From the NCBI GenBank assembly GCA_041661845.1, contig JBAZTQ010000001.1:11361-75360 (forward strand): 64,000 nt of DNA. Direction: 5' to 3'. Below the pieces are notes generated by a model, which saw only the letters and a program-made list of their open reading frames with translations, made no database searches and was not told the DNA's origin. A program made the translations under genes and the position numbers. Of the stretch, positions 50,908 to 60,436 are shown piece after piece (positions within the stretch are counted from its first letter, which is position 1; each line of letters starts with the position of its first letter). Source of the DNA: Kiritimatiellales bacterium (GTDB lineage Bacteria; Verrucomicrobiota; Kiritimatiellia; Kiritimatiellales; Tichowtungiaceae).

Positions 50908-51747
50908 ATGATCGATTTACATTCCCATTCGATATTTTCTGATGGCTCCAGCACACCCGAAGAGCTGGTAACCCTTGCAGAGCAGGGCGGACTTACCGCG
51001 CTGGCGCTGACCGACCATGACACCACTGACGGGTTGCCGCGTTTTATGGCGGCCGGGGCCAAGTCGTCCGTTCAAACGGTTGCCGGCATTGAGCTGAGCG
51101 CGGAATTCGGTGCCGTGACTTTTCATATCCTCGGTTATTTCTTCGATCCCGCGAATGCGGAGTTGCAGACGGCGCTCAAATGGGTGCGGGAAGGACGCAT
51201 AGAAAGAAACGTCCGGATATTGGAAAAACTGAACCGGCTTGGCTACAACCTGACACACGCTGACGTTCGCAAGCATGCCGGCGATGATCTGATCGGCCGG
51301 CCGCATTTCGCCGCCGCGCTGATTGAAAAAGGACACTTCAAACACAAAGACAAAATTTTCCAGCAGTTGCTGGGTAAAGGCAAAGCGGCCTATGTCGAAC
51401 GCCTCCGGCTCACACCCGAAGCGTGTGTTGAAGTCATCCGCAAAGCGGGCGGCGTACCGGTCATCGCGCATCCCGGACAGATGAAACTCACCGCGCGCAG
51501 CCTGCGCCGGCTCGTCAAGCAGCTTAAAGATCACGGACTGGGCGGAATCGAAGTCTGGCACCCGATTCACAAACCGTATCAGGCGGCTTCGTATCTGCGC
51601 ATCTGTGAAGACTTCGATCTGGTCGCCACCGGCGGCTCCGACTTTCACGGCAAACTGACGCCGGATCTCACGCTGGGCCGCGGCTTCGGCGATCTGGATA
51701 TTCCCGACACCGTGCTCGAAATCCTGCATAAAAAAGCAATCGCATGA
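50908..51747 (+). CDS. PHP-domain phosphoesterase (TrpH/YciV-like)
   Basis: MIDLHSHSIFSDGSSTPEELV...ALTDHDTTDG...IAHPG...GGSDFHG. Confidence 0.85.
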   Translation: MIDLHSHSIFSDGSSTPEELVTLAEQGGLTALALTDHDTTDGLPRFMAAGAKSSVQTVAGIELSAEFGAVTFHILGYFFDPANAELQTALKWVREGRIERNVRILEKLNRLGYNLTHADVRKHAGDDLIGRPHFAAALIEKGHFKHKDKIFQQLLGKGKAAYVERLRLTPEACVEVIRKAGGVPVIAHPGQMKLTARSLRRLVKQLKDHGLGGIEVWHPIHKPYQAASYLRICEDFDLVATGGSDFHGKLTPDLTLGRGFGDLDIPDTVLEILHKKAIA

Positions 51748-53834
51748 AAGTGGTCATTGCAGAAAAGCCGTCCGTCGCCCGCGAACTCGCGGCGGTGCTG
51801 AATATTACCGGGAAAAAGAACGGCTACATCGAAGGACGCGGCTGCGCGATCACCTGGGCGTTCGGGCATCTGGTCACCTTGCAGGAGCCGGGCGAATACG
51901 ACCCGGCGCTCAAACGTTGGTCTCTGGAAACGCTGCCGTTTATTCCGGACGATTTTAAACTCAAGCTGACCGGTAACCGCGGCGCGGACGAACAGTTTCA
52001 GGTGATCAAGAGCCTTTGCGAACAGGCCGAAGAAATTGTCTGCGCGACCGACGCCGGGCGGGAAGGGGAGCTTATCTTCCGCTACATTCTCGCGCTGAGC
52101 GGATGCGAAGATAAACCGATCCGCCGCCTCTGGCTGAACTCGCTCACGCCCGACGCCATCAAAGAAGCGTTCAAGAATCTGAAGGACGGACACGAGTACG
52201 ATCCGCTCTACGCGGCGGCGCGCTGCCGCAGTGAATCCGACTGGATCGTCGGCCTCAACGCCACGCGCTACTACACGGTGCGGCACGGCCGCTTCGGCGG
52301 CGGAACCGACCGCGTACTCTGGAGTATCGGCCGCGTGCAGACGCCGGTGCTGGCAATGATTGTAAAGCGAGATGACGAGATTGATCAGTTCCGCTCGCAG
52401 CCGTTCTGGGAGCTGACGACCAAGTATCGCGAGGTACTATTCAAATACACCGGCAAACGGTTTGAAAAGCCGGAGCTGGCGCAGGTATTGCTTGCCAAAA
52501 TTACCGGTCAGCCGTTTGAAATCACCGGTATTGACGGCAAAGAGAAAAAGGAGCCGCCGCCGCAGCTCTTCGACCTCACCACACTTCAGCGCGACGTGAA
52601 CAAGACGCACGGACTTTCCGCCGCCGATACGCTGGCGGCCACGCAGAATCTGTACGAGTCCAAGCTGGTAACCTATCCGCGTACCGACTCGCGCTATCTC
52701 AACAACGACATGAAGCCGCGCATTCCGCAGATTCTGGAACAGCTCAAAGCGATCCGCGCCGAACAGATCGCGCCGCTCAACCTCGCTAAACTGCCGTTCA
52801 CCAGCCGGATCATTGACGATAAAAAAGTGACCGACCACCACGCCATCATTCCTACCGGTGTCGAACCGCGCAGTCTCGGCGTAAATGATCAGCTGGTATA
52901 CGACGCGATCGTCACGCAGTTTATCGCCGCTTTTTATCCGGTCTGTCTGAAGACACTCACCACCGTGGACGGTGTCAGTAACGAGGTGCCGTTTCAGGCC
53001 AAAGGGACGCAGATTATCAAGCCCGGCTGGACGGTTCTTTTTCCGAAAAAGAAAAAGCAGTCCGACGAAGACGAAGAGCAGTCGTTGCCCGCATTTGAAA
53101 AAGGGGAAACCGGTCCGCATGAGCCGGTGCTGCGTGAAGGAAAAACCAATCCGCCCAAACACTTCACCGAAAACTCGCTGCTCGGCGCGATGGAAGCCGC
53201 CGGGAAATTTGTTGAGGATGATGCCTTGCGCGAAGCGCTCAAGGAGCGCGGCATCGGAACGCCCGCTACCCGCGCGGCGATTATCGAGACGCTGCTTTCC
53301 CGCAACTATATCCGGCGCGAGAAAAAACTGCTGCTGGCCACCGACATGGGGCGCTGCCTGATCGCGCTGATCCGTGATCCGCTCCTGAAGTCGCCGGAAA
53401 TGACCGGCGAGTGGGAAGAAAAGCTCAAGCAGATCGAACGGCAGAAGCTCGCCGCCGGCGAATTTATGCACGGCATTTGCGGCTACATTCGCGGACTGAT
53501 TCAAAACAGCGCGTCCGGACGGCTTGATTCGTCGCGCATCGGAAACTGTCCGCTGTGCGGCAAAGAGGTGATTAAAGGCCGTACGGCTTACGGCTGTTCC
53601 GGCTGGAAAGAAGGCTGTGCGTTTGTGCTCTCGCCGGATTACAAAGGACTGTCGCTGACACCGAATCAGATTCAGATATTACTGCAACTGCACATCCTGC
53701 CGCACCCGGTGCAGATCGACGGCGAACCGCGCCTGCTTATCCTCTCCACCCAAGGCCAGCCGATGGATTTACATCTGCCTTCTGCCGACCGGCAAAAGTC
53801 CGAAACAAAAAACGCCCGCCCCGCGAAGGACTAG
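51744..53834 (+). CDS. topB: DNA topoisomerase III
   Basis: MKVVIAEKPSVARELAAVL...ITWAFGHLVTL (TOPRIM), ...TYPRTDSRYL (active-site Tyr region) and a C-terminal zinc ribbon CPLCGKEVIKGRTAYGCSGWKEGCAF. The ATGA start/stop overlaps the PHP gene. Confidence 0.9.
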   Translation: MKVVIAEKPSVARELAAVLNITGKKNGYIEGRGCAITWAFGHLVTLQEPGEYDPALKRWSLETLPFIPDDFKLKLTGNRGADEQFQVIKSLCEQAEEIVCATDAGREGELIFRYILALSGCEDKPIRRLWLNSLTPDAIKEAFKNLKDGHEYDPLYAAARCRSESDWIVGLNATRYYTVRHGRFGGGTDRVLWSIGRVQTPVLAMIVKRDDEIDQFRSQPFWELTTKYREVLFKYTGKRFEKPELAQVLLAKITGQPFEITGIDGKEKKEPPPQLFDLTTLQRDVNKTHGLSAADTLAATQNLYESKLVTYPRTDSRYLNNDMKPRIPQILEQLKAIRAEQIAPLNLAKLPFTSRIIDDKKVTDHHAIIPTGVEPRSLGVNDQLVYDAIVTQFIAAFYPVCLKTLTTVDGVSNEVPFQAKGTQIIKPGWTVLFPKKKKQSDEDEEQSLPAFEKGETGPHEPVLREGKTNPPKHFTENSLLGAMEAAGKFVEDDALREALKERGIGTPATRAAIIETLLSRNYIRREKKLLLATDMGRCLIALIRDPLLKSPEMTGEWEEKLKQIERQKLAAGEFMHGICGYIRGLIQNSASGRLDSSRIGNCPLCGKEVIKGRTAYGCSGWKEGCAFVLSPDYKGLSLTPNQIQILLQLHILPHPVQIDGEPRLLILSTQGQPMDLHLPSADRQKSETKNARPAKD

Positions 53835-53900
53835 GCGTTTTTAACGTTAAGCGTCTCCCTGAGCGCGGAGCAAGCGATAGAGTGAACTCGCTGGTTCGCT

Positions 53901-54392
53901 TTATTTTATCGGTTCAAACATTTCTATGAGCATTGGCTTCTGTTTTTTTACCTCAAACCAAAATCCACCGGAGACAAGAGCCCATCCGAACACCAGCATG
54001 CCCAAGGGGATGAGCGAGTCTATCGAAAATGTTGTGGTGCCACTAAGCATGCTAGCTAGGAAAATGATGCTGATAAGACCAACCCCACCAAACCAGATGC
54101 ATATGAATGCGGTTACAAAAGGATGAAGACCCATTCGAATTTCAACTTTTAGTCTGGGATTACCGGGCAGGAACTTGCCAGTGATAATAGGGAGAAATGA
54201 GTTACGGTAATGGATGATGCGCGTGATCTTGAATCCATTTTGTGTGATTTCGCCCTGAAATGGTTTTTGATTTGACGATGACGACATTCGAAATAGTTTT
54301 TTTGGTTCAATACTCAAGTGAAGGGCATCAACGATGGCCGTGGGCGACAACGTGGTTTCGATTTCGAATTTATCTGATGGCCAAAATTTCAT
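53901..54392 (-). CDS. Hypothetical membrane protein (orphan, AT-richer)
   Basis: 163 aa with a soluble N-terminal half followed by 3 predicted TM segments. I recognise no homology, and the composition is visibly AT-richer than the flanks. Confidence 0.5.
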   Translation of the reverse strand: MKFWPSDKFEIETTLSPTAIVDALHLSIEPKKLFRMSSSSNQKPFQGEITQNGFKITRIIHYRNSFLPIITGKFLPGNPRLKVEIRMGLHPFVTAFICIWFGGVGLISIIFLASMLSGTTTFSIDSLIPLGMLVFGWALVSGGFWFEVKKQKPMLIEMFEPIK

Positions 54393-54595
54393 TTATATTC
54401 TCTCAAGCGAACGTTGTTTAGGCGTCATGACGCTTTATCGTTAAAAACGGTGTCAGGATAATGAGGTCGAGTTTGTACAACAATCGCAAACTACCAGCAA
54501 ACGGAAGGTTGCGAATCGGAAGTGACACAAAATCCTGTGATTTCACCATTTTTCAATGGCAGAGCATTTCGCGATCAAAGTGCCGCATCTTGATT

Positions 54596-54672
54596 TTGTA
54601 GGACAGGCTTCTTTGTATTCAAAGAGCCTGTGTTCATCACACGCTCCCGAATACGGGAAGCATGTCCTACAA
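54596..54672. repeat. REP/REPIN-like nested palindromic element (copy B), intergenic
   Basis: Sequence: ttgtaggacaggcttctttgtattcaaagagcctgtgttcatcacacgctcccgaatacgggaagcatgtcctacaa. It has the same termini and second hairpin as copy A (7821-7907). The first hairpin apex differs by paired changes. Confidence 0.85.
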
Positions 54673-54692
54673 GCGAACTGACCGGCATCACT

Positions 54693-56243
54693 TCACTTCG
54701 CGTCGGGCGGAGTGCCGGATTTTTTATCGTTGCGCAGGAGTTTCTGCACGGCGCCTTTAGCACGTCCCGCCGACTGTACGAACATATCTTTTGTTTTTTC
54801 AACCGAGGAGACGATGGCTCCGTTGAAGCCGTAGACATCGCGGGCCATGCGCAGCGGGTTGGTGACGAAGATATGCGACAGCGCTTTCACCACCGACATA
54901 TCGGTTGGCACACTTTTCAGTTTTTTCGCCATCGGCAGCGCGATCATCCAAATTAATGCCGCGTGCAGAATCAGCAGCAGGTGCATGTAAGAGAACGCTG
55001 TGCCGTGATAAAGCGGCCAATGCACCGGGTGAAGCTCCAGCAGGTCTTTGATCTTTCCTGCGAGCAGCGGAGCGACCGCGGAAACGGTTCCAACCAGAAA
55101 CCAGTGCATGGCCATTGCAATCGTCCGGCCGTCACGCGGGACAATCGACGTCAGCATGTTGAGCTGGTACATGCCGACCGCGGCAAACACGCTGCCGGAT
55201 ACGAGTGCGTTGACCGCCATGAGAAAAACAAAGCGCGGGAAGGTGAACGCTCCCAGGATCGGCAGCGTTAAGGTTATCGACGAGTGATCGAGGAAAAACC
55301 ATACCGTGTGGAAGAACGGTGCCAGCAGCAGCATAACGATGCCGAAGGTGCGGATTCCGGCCCGCTGAATCAGCCGTCCGGCGTAAAAGCTGGTTCCGAT
55401 AGAACCGATCAGTCCGGCCATTTGAATGATGGAAAGGTGGCTGTAAAGGGCCTGAAAATCCTGTTTCAGATACACCATGGTGAACGGGCCGATCAAACCC
55501 AGTCCGAAAAACCAGACGCACATGATCAGGGTGAAGTAGCGGAAATTGCGGTCGCGCAACGGGCGGACAATACGTTCCAACAGGCTGATCCCGGCCGGAG
55601 CCGGCGTGGATGCCGGTTCCGGCACGCGGAGATGAATGATGCTTTCCAGCACACCGAAGAAAGTTCCCAGCAAAAGCAAAATGGAGAAGCCGGTAAAATT
55701 TCCTTTTTGAAACAGGTCGAGGAACCAGCCCGCCGCGCCGAGTGTAGCCAGCATGACGGCCGTACACACCCCTTGCCGGATATTCCAGAAACGGCTGCGC
55801 AGATGATCCGGAATCAAGTCGGCCATCCAGCTCCACCACGAAGAGGCGCTGCTTTGAATCAGTATGGCACTGATGCCGGTAATTGCCAGAGTGCTCACGA
55901 TGACGGTATGCTGGCCGCCTTTCCAGATCAGCAGCATGACGGCGGGCAGCAGCCATAGCAGGCGAGCCAGCAGCACCGTGATAAACCAGAAACGTTTGCG
56001 GTGAATCAGCTTGTCCGCCAGCAAAGACGCCGGAATCTGAATCAGCATGGCCGCCTGATTCAGTGTGGAAATCATACCGATCATTACGCCGGTGGCACCG
56101 AGCGCTTCCAGCAGCATGGTCAGCGGCAGACCTTGCACGATCACAAACCAGATGATGCCGAAACCGGCTGAAAAAATATTGATGCGCAGGCCGCTGCGGA
56201 CCTGCTGTTCGGTAAATTCTTGCGGCGAAGGTGTCGGATTCAT
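54693..56243 (-). CDS. MFS-type transporter
   Basis: 516 aa with about 12 or more TM segments and a polar C-terminal tail. Confidence 0.75.
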   Translation of the reverse strand: MNPTPSPQEFTEQQVRSGLRINIFSAGFGIIWFVIVQGLPLTMLLEALGATGVMIGMISTLNQAAMLIQIPASLLADKLIHRKRFWFITVLLARLLWLLPAVMLLIWKGGQHTVIVSTLAITGISAILIQSSASSWWSWMADLIPDHLRSRFWNIRQGVCTAVMLATLGAAGWFLDLFQKGNFTGFSILLLLGTFFGVLESIIHLRVPEPASTPAPAGISLLERIVRPLRDRNFRYFTLIMCVWFFGLGLIGPFTMVYLKQDFQALYSHLSIIQMAGLIGSIGTSFYAGRLIQRAGIRTFGIVMLLLAPFFHTVWFFLDHSSITLTLPILGAFTFPRFVFLMAVNALVSGSVFAAVGMYQLNMLTSIVPRDGRTIAMAMHWFLVGTVSAVAPLLAGKIKDLLELHPVHWPLYHGTAFSYMHLLLILHAALIWMIALPMAKKLKSVPTDMSVVKALSHIFVTNPLRMARDVYGFNGAIVSSVEKTKDMFVQSAGRAKGAVQKLLRNDKKSGTPPDAK

Positions 56244-56303
56244 CGGAGTGTTAATAGCAAGGTGTTGGAAACAATCAATCCCGATTCATAACAGACTTGA
56301 TAT

Positions 56304-57200
56304 TCAGGCCGCCGGCTTTGGGTTCCAGGCGGCAATGCAATCGTCAACGGTCAGTTCATAGCGCTGATTGCAGAATTGGCACTGGATAGCGAGTGGTTCG
56401 CCTTTTTTCACAATCTCCATCCGTTCGGGAATCGGCAAGGTGCGGACGACCGCCGCCATTTTTTCGTGATTACACGAACAGATAAAGCGCGGGGCGGGAC
56501 AGACTTCCATGTGCAGGCCGGCAAAGCCGGGATCCCCGTCAATCAGCGAGTTGGCAATGGATTCAAAATAGCCGTCCGTTTCGTTTGCCCGGCTGAGCAG
56601 CTCACGGAAGGAGAAACCTTCCATCCGGTGACGGACACGTTCGAAGTGTTCGAGATCGGTTCCCGGCAGCGCCTGAATCATCCAGCCCTGACAGAGCCGG
56701 ACCGGGGTTTCCGGGTCGGGATTGAAACCGATCATCACGCTGAGGCCGGTTTCGACCTGATCGCTGATACAGAAATAGTACGCCAGATCTCTGGCGGCAT
56801 CCTGAAGGGAAACCGGTGCGGTGCCGGAGTTGAGAATCTTTCCATCCTGCGAAGTGACAACCTGCAGGTCGCCGATATCGCCGTACAGCGCATCGGGATT
56901 GTCTTCCGTCAGATTGAGCTGTGACGGCGAAATAAACCCGCGGACGGTTCCGTCCTGCCCGGCATCGGCCACAATCGTCCGCAGAATTCCTTTGTACCTC
57001 CAGCAGGCATTCATGTGCCGACCTTCGGGAAGAACCGCCGCCGCCAGCAGCGCGCCGGTGACCGCCCGGCCCAGAATATGGGCGGCGGCGGGGTCGCAAT
57101 CGTGCTTCACCACAATTTCGTTCACGGCCTTGGTCGTCACCGCGTAGGTGAACGCAATATCGAGTCCCTTAAATTGTCCTTTGATCAGCAGGTCGTCCAC
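56304..57200 (-). CDS. hslO: Hsp33-family redox-regulated chaperone
   Basis: The C-terminal zinc centre is ...[11 protein letters not shown]...[13 protein letters not shown] (CxC...CxxC). I chose a GTG start at 57200 ([10 protein letters not shown]...) preceded by AAGGA; the track ORF extends to 57260. Confidence 0.8.
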   Translation of the reverse strand: MDDLLIKGQFKGLDIAFTYAVTTKAVNEIVVKHDCDPAAAHILGRAVTGALLAAAVLPEGRHMNACWRYKGILRTIVADAGQDGTVRGFISPSQLNLTEDNPDALYGDIGDLQVVTSQDGKILNSGTAPVSLQDAARDLAYYFCISDQVETGLSVMIGFNPDPETPVRLCQGWMIQALPGTDLEHFERVRHRMEGFSFRELLSRANETDGYFESIANSLIDGDPGFAGLHMEVCPAPRFICSCNHEKMAAVVRTLPIPERMEIVKKGEPLAIQCQFCNQRYELTVDDCIAAWNPKPAA

Positions 57201-57276
57201 GGTAGTTTCCTTTTCCAATTTTGAAGCGGAGAGGGTAGGTGAGCGGCTGGCAATCGGCAAGCACCTGTTTTTAATT

Positions 57277-57774
57277 ATGGATGAATCAGTTGAAATTTAT
57301 ACAGACGGCGCGTGCAAGGGAAATCCCGGGCCGGGCGGCTACGGCGTGGTGCTGCTCTCCGGCGGCCGGCGGAAAGAGCTTTCCGGAGGATTCCGTAAAA
57401 CGACCAATAACCGGATGGAACTGCTCGCCTGCATCGAAGGGCTGCGCTCGCTGAAGCGTCCCTGCACCGTGGTGCTGACCAGCGATTCCAGCTATGTGGT
57501 GAATGCCATCGAAAAAGGCTGGGCCAAGCGGTGGCGTTCAAAAAACTGGATGCTTTCTCCGGGCAAACCGGCAAAAAATTCCGATCTTTGGAAACAGCTT
57601 CTCGAGTTGTGCGCCGGACACACCGTCAAATTCCATTGGGTAAAAGGGCATGCCGGTCATCCCGAAAACGAATGCTGCGACGTGCTGGCCGTGGCGGCGT
57701 CGCAGTTGAAGGAACTGCCCGTCGATATGGGTTTTGAAAACAACCTCATCGCCGACGGTCTTTTCAGCGAATGA
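57277..57774 (+). CDS. rnhA: Ribonuclease HI
   Basis: [26 protein letters not shown]...TNNRMELLA...TSDSSYVVN...[17 protein letters not shown]. Confidence 0.9.
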   Translation: MDESVEIYTDGACKGNPGPGGYGVVLLSGGRRKELSGGFRKTTNNRMELLACIEGLRSLKRPCTVVLTSDSSYVVNAIEKGWAKRWRSKNWMLSPGKPAKNSDLWKQLLELCAGHTVKFHWVKGHAGHPENECCDVLAVAASQLKELPVDMGFENNLIADGLFSE

Positions 57775-57825
57775 TCCTTCATTTGATTATTTGACTCCCC
57801 GCCGGTTCCCCGTATCCTGCGCCGC

Positions 57826-59346
57826 ATGAATTTTGAACGTAAAAGCGGAATTTTACTGCACATCACTTCACTGCCGGGACGCTGGGGTATGGGCGAACTC
57901 GGCCCGCAGGCGCGGGCCTTCGGCGGATTTCTCGCCGAAGCCGGGCAGAAGCTCTGGCAGATTCTGCCGACCGGGCCGGTCGGTTACGGATATTCACCGT
58001 ACTCGTCGCTTTCCGCGTTTGCCGGCAACCACCTGCTGATCAGTTTTGACGAACTGATCGAAGAAGGGCTGCTGACGGAAAAACAGCTGAAAAATTTTCC
58101 GCAGTTTGATCCGCACCGGATCGACTTTCCCGCCGCGATTGAAGCGCGTGAAAAAATCCTGTTTCGTGTCGCCGATCGTTTTGAACCGGATGTTGATTTT
58201 GCGGAGTTCTGTGAGTGCGAGGCCGGCTGGCTTTCCGACTACGCGCTGTTCATGGCAATCCGGGAAGCTCAGGATTTCCGTCCGTGGACAGAATGGCCTG
58301 CCGAACTGCGCGACCGCGATTCCCAGGCGATGGAAAAAGCGCGGCGCAAACTGGCCAAACGTGTACGCCGTCACGAAGTGCTCCAATACCTTTTTTCCAA
58401 ACATTGGAAAAAGACGGCGGAGTTTTTCCGAAGCTTGGAAATTTCCATCGTCGGCGACATTCCGATTTTCGTCGCCGGCGATTCCGCCGACGTCTGGGCA
58501 AACCGTGAACTGTTTTTCTTAAACGATGACGGCACGCCGTCGGTCGTTGCAGGCGTCCCGCCGGACTATTTTTCCGCCACCGGACAGCGCTGGGGCAATC
58601 CGCTTTACGACTGGGCGGCGCACCGCGAAACCGGCTTTGCGTGGTGGACGCAGCGGATGCACCGCATCCTTGAAATGACCGGCATCGTGCGCATCGACCA
58701 TTTCCGCGGCTTCGAGGATTACTGGGAGATTCCGGCGGACGAGCCGACCGCGATTAAAGGCCGCTGGGTGAAAGGGCCTGGTCTCGATTTTTTTCAAACC
58801 ATAGAAAAAAATATCCGTAAAATTCCGGAGTTCGGAAAGAAGTTCCGGTTAGATGAGCATGTGATTGCCGAAAATCTGGGAATTATTACTGACGAAGTCG
58901 AAGCGTTGCGGGAGGCGTGCGGATTCCCCGGCATGTGGGTGCTCCAGTTCCGTTTCGGCGCGGAGCCGATGCGCACACCAGGCTACCATCCGGAAGGAAT
59001 CGAGAAGAACTGGGCGGTTTACACCGGCACGCACGATAACGATACGACGCATAACTGGTTCCAAAGTCTGGACGCCGAAACGCGGCATTGTGTCCGCATA
59101 CGGCTGCACACCGACGGTGCGCATATTCACCGCACTCTTGCGGAGCTGGCACTGCGCGCTCCGGCCAAATGGGCGATTCTGCCGCTGCAGGATGTGCTGG
59201 GACTTGACGGCGGTTCGCGCATGAACACGCCGGGCACGACGCAGGGGAATTGGGGTTGGCGGTTTTCAGAGGATATGATAAGCCCTGAAACCGTTCACTG
59301 GCTGCATGATGCGGTACGGAAAAACGGAAGATTAGGAGTTGATTGA
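57826..59346 (+). CDS. malQ: 4-alpha-glucanotransferase (amylomaltase, GH77)
   Basis: RKSGILLHITSLPGRWGMGELG..., ...GDIPIFVAGDSADVW..., ...RIDHFRGF..., ...YTGTHDNDT. Confidence 0.9.
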   Translation: MNFERKSGILLHITSLPGRWGMGELGPQARAFGGFLAEAGQKLWQILPTGPVGYGYSPYSSLSAFAGNHLLISFDELIEEGLLTEKQLKNFPQFDPHRIDFPAAIEAREKILFRVADRFEPDVDFAEFCECEAGWLSDYALFMAIREAQDFRPWTEWPAELRDRDSQAMEKARRKLAKRVRRHEVLQYLFSKHWKKTAEFFRSLEISIVGDIPIFVAGDSADVWANRELFFLNDDGTPSVVAGVPPDYFSATGQRWGNPLYDWAAHRETGFAWWTQRMHRILEMTGIVRIDHFRGFEDYWEIPADEPTAIKGRWVKGPGLDFFQTIEKNIRKIPEFGKKFRLDEHVIAENLGIITDEVEALREACGFPGMWVLQFRFGAEPMRTPGYHPEGIEKNWAVYTGTHDNDTTHNWFQSLDAETRHCVRIRLHTDGAHIHRTLAELALRAPAKWAILPLQDVLGLDGGSRMNTPGTTQGNWGWRFSEDMISPETVHWLHDAVRKNGRLGVD

Positions 59347-59347
59347 A

Positions 59348-60436
59348 ATGGATACGGCGACGGTTACAACGGTTGTTCAGCAGGCGGCGCAAACCAACAG
59401 TTTCTGGGATTTTCTGATGATGATTCTGCTGGCGCTGTCCGGTTTTCTGGCCGGGCGCTTCATGAAATATTTCTGCGAGCAGGCCATCCGCAAAACTCCG
59501 CTCGGCCAGAACAGTCTGCACCGGACAGCACTGGAACTGTCGGCGCGCACGACGACTTTTCCGGCTTCAATCATTGGCGCCTGTCTGGCCCTAAGGATTT
59601 TTGCCGGCCACGACGCGCTGCGCAAAGATGTGACAGCGGTACTGATCACCATTGCGGTGACCTATGTGGTTTACCAGACGGTTGAACTGTCCGGCTGGTG
59701 GGTCCGTCATTTAAGAGCCAAAACGCGCACGGCGCTGGACGATATGATGGAGCCGGTGGTGCGTAAAACGCTGCGCTCGGTGGTTGTGATTCTCGGGCTG
59801 GTGCAGGTCGCCCAGCAGCTGAGCGATAAACCGATCACCTCGATCCTTGCCGGACTCGGCGTCGGCGGTCTGGCCGTCGCGCTGGCGGCGCAGGATACGA
59901 TCAAAAACTTTTTCGGCTCGCTGGTTATTTTTGCCGACCGCCCGTTTCAGATGGGCGACTGCGTCAGCGTGGATGGCACGGACGGCACGGTGGAAGAAGT
60001 CGGTATGCGCTCGACCCGTTTGCGCACGGTGGATGGTCATTTGGTAACGATCCCGAACGGCGAGCTGGCGAATAAAACCATTCGGAATATTACGCGGCGG
60101 CCTTATATCAAACGTCTGGCCAATATCACCGTTGCCTGCGACACGCCGCCGGAAAAGGTGGAGCGGGCCGTGGCGGTTATCAAAGAGGAGCTGAACCGCG
60201 CCAATGAAAAGATGCATCCGGACATGCTGCCGCGCGTTCATTTCAATGAATTCAATGCCGCTTCACTGAATATTCAGGTGATCTACTGGTTTGTACCGGC
60301 TTCTGATTACTGGGCCTTTATGGAATTCGACCAGTCGTTCAATCTGGCTCTGCTTCGCCGGTTCAATGAAGAGGGAATCGAGTTGGCCTTCCCGGGACGG
60401 ATGCCGCTGGCAGGCGATTCAAAACGGATCAGTTAG
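59348..60436 (+). CDS. Mechanosensitive ion channel family protein (MscS-like)
   Basis: N-terminal TM segments followed by ...LAGLGVGGLAVALAAQDTIKNFFGSLVIFADRPFQMGDCV...G.VEEVGMRSTRLRT.DGHLVTIPNG. I chose the ATG at 59348. Confidence 0.85.
   Translation: MDTATVTTVVQQAAQTNSFWDFLMMILLALSGFLAGRFMKYFCEQAIRKTPLGQNSLHRTALELSARTTTFPASIIGACLALRIFAGHDALRKDVTAVLITIAVTYVVYQTVELSGWWVRHLRAKTRTALDDMMEPVVRKTLRSVVVILGLVQVAQQLSDKPITSILAGLGVGGLAVALAAQDTIKNFFGSLVIFADRPFQMGDCVSVDGTDGTVEEVGMRSTRLRTVDGHLVTIPNGELANKTIRNITRRPYIKRLANITVACDTPPEKVERAVAVIKEELNRANEKMHPDMLPRVHFNEFNAASLNIQVIYWFVPASDYWAFMEFDQSFNLALLRRFNEEGIELAFPGRMPLAGDSKRIS

Noticed and set aside
53807-53842. Terminator-like structure at the end of topB: aaaaacgcc ... 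ggcgttttt.
   Set aside because: The GC part of the stem is only 6 bp, the loop is 17 nt, and the U-tract is partly inside the stem. This is too weak to annotate.
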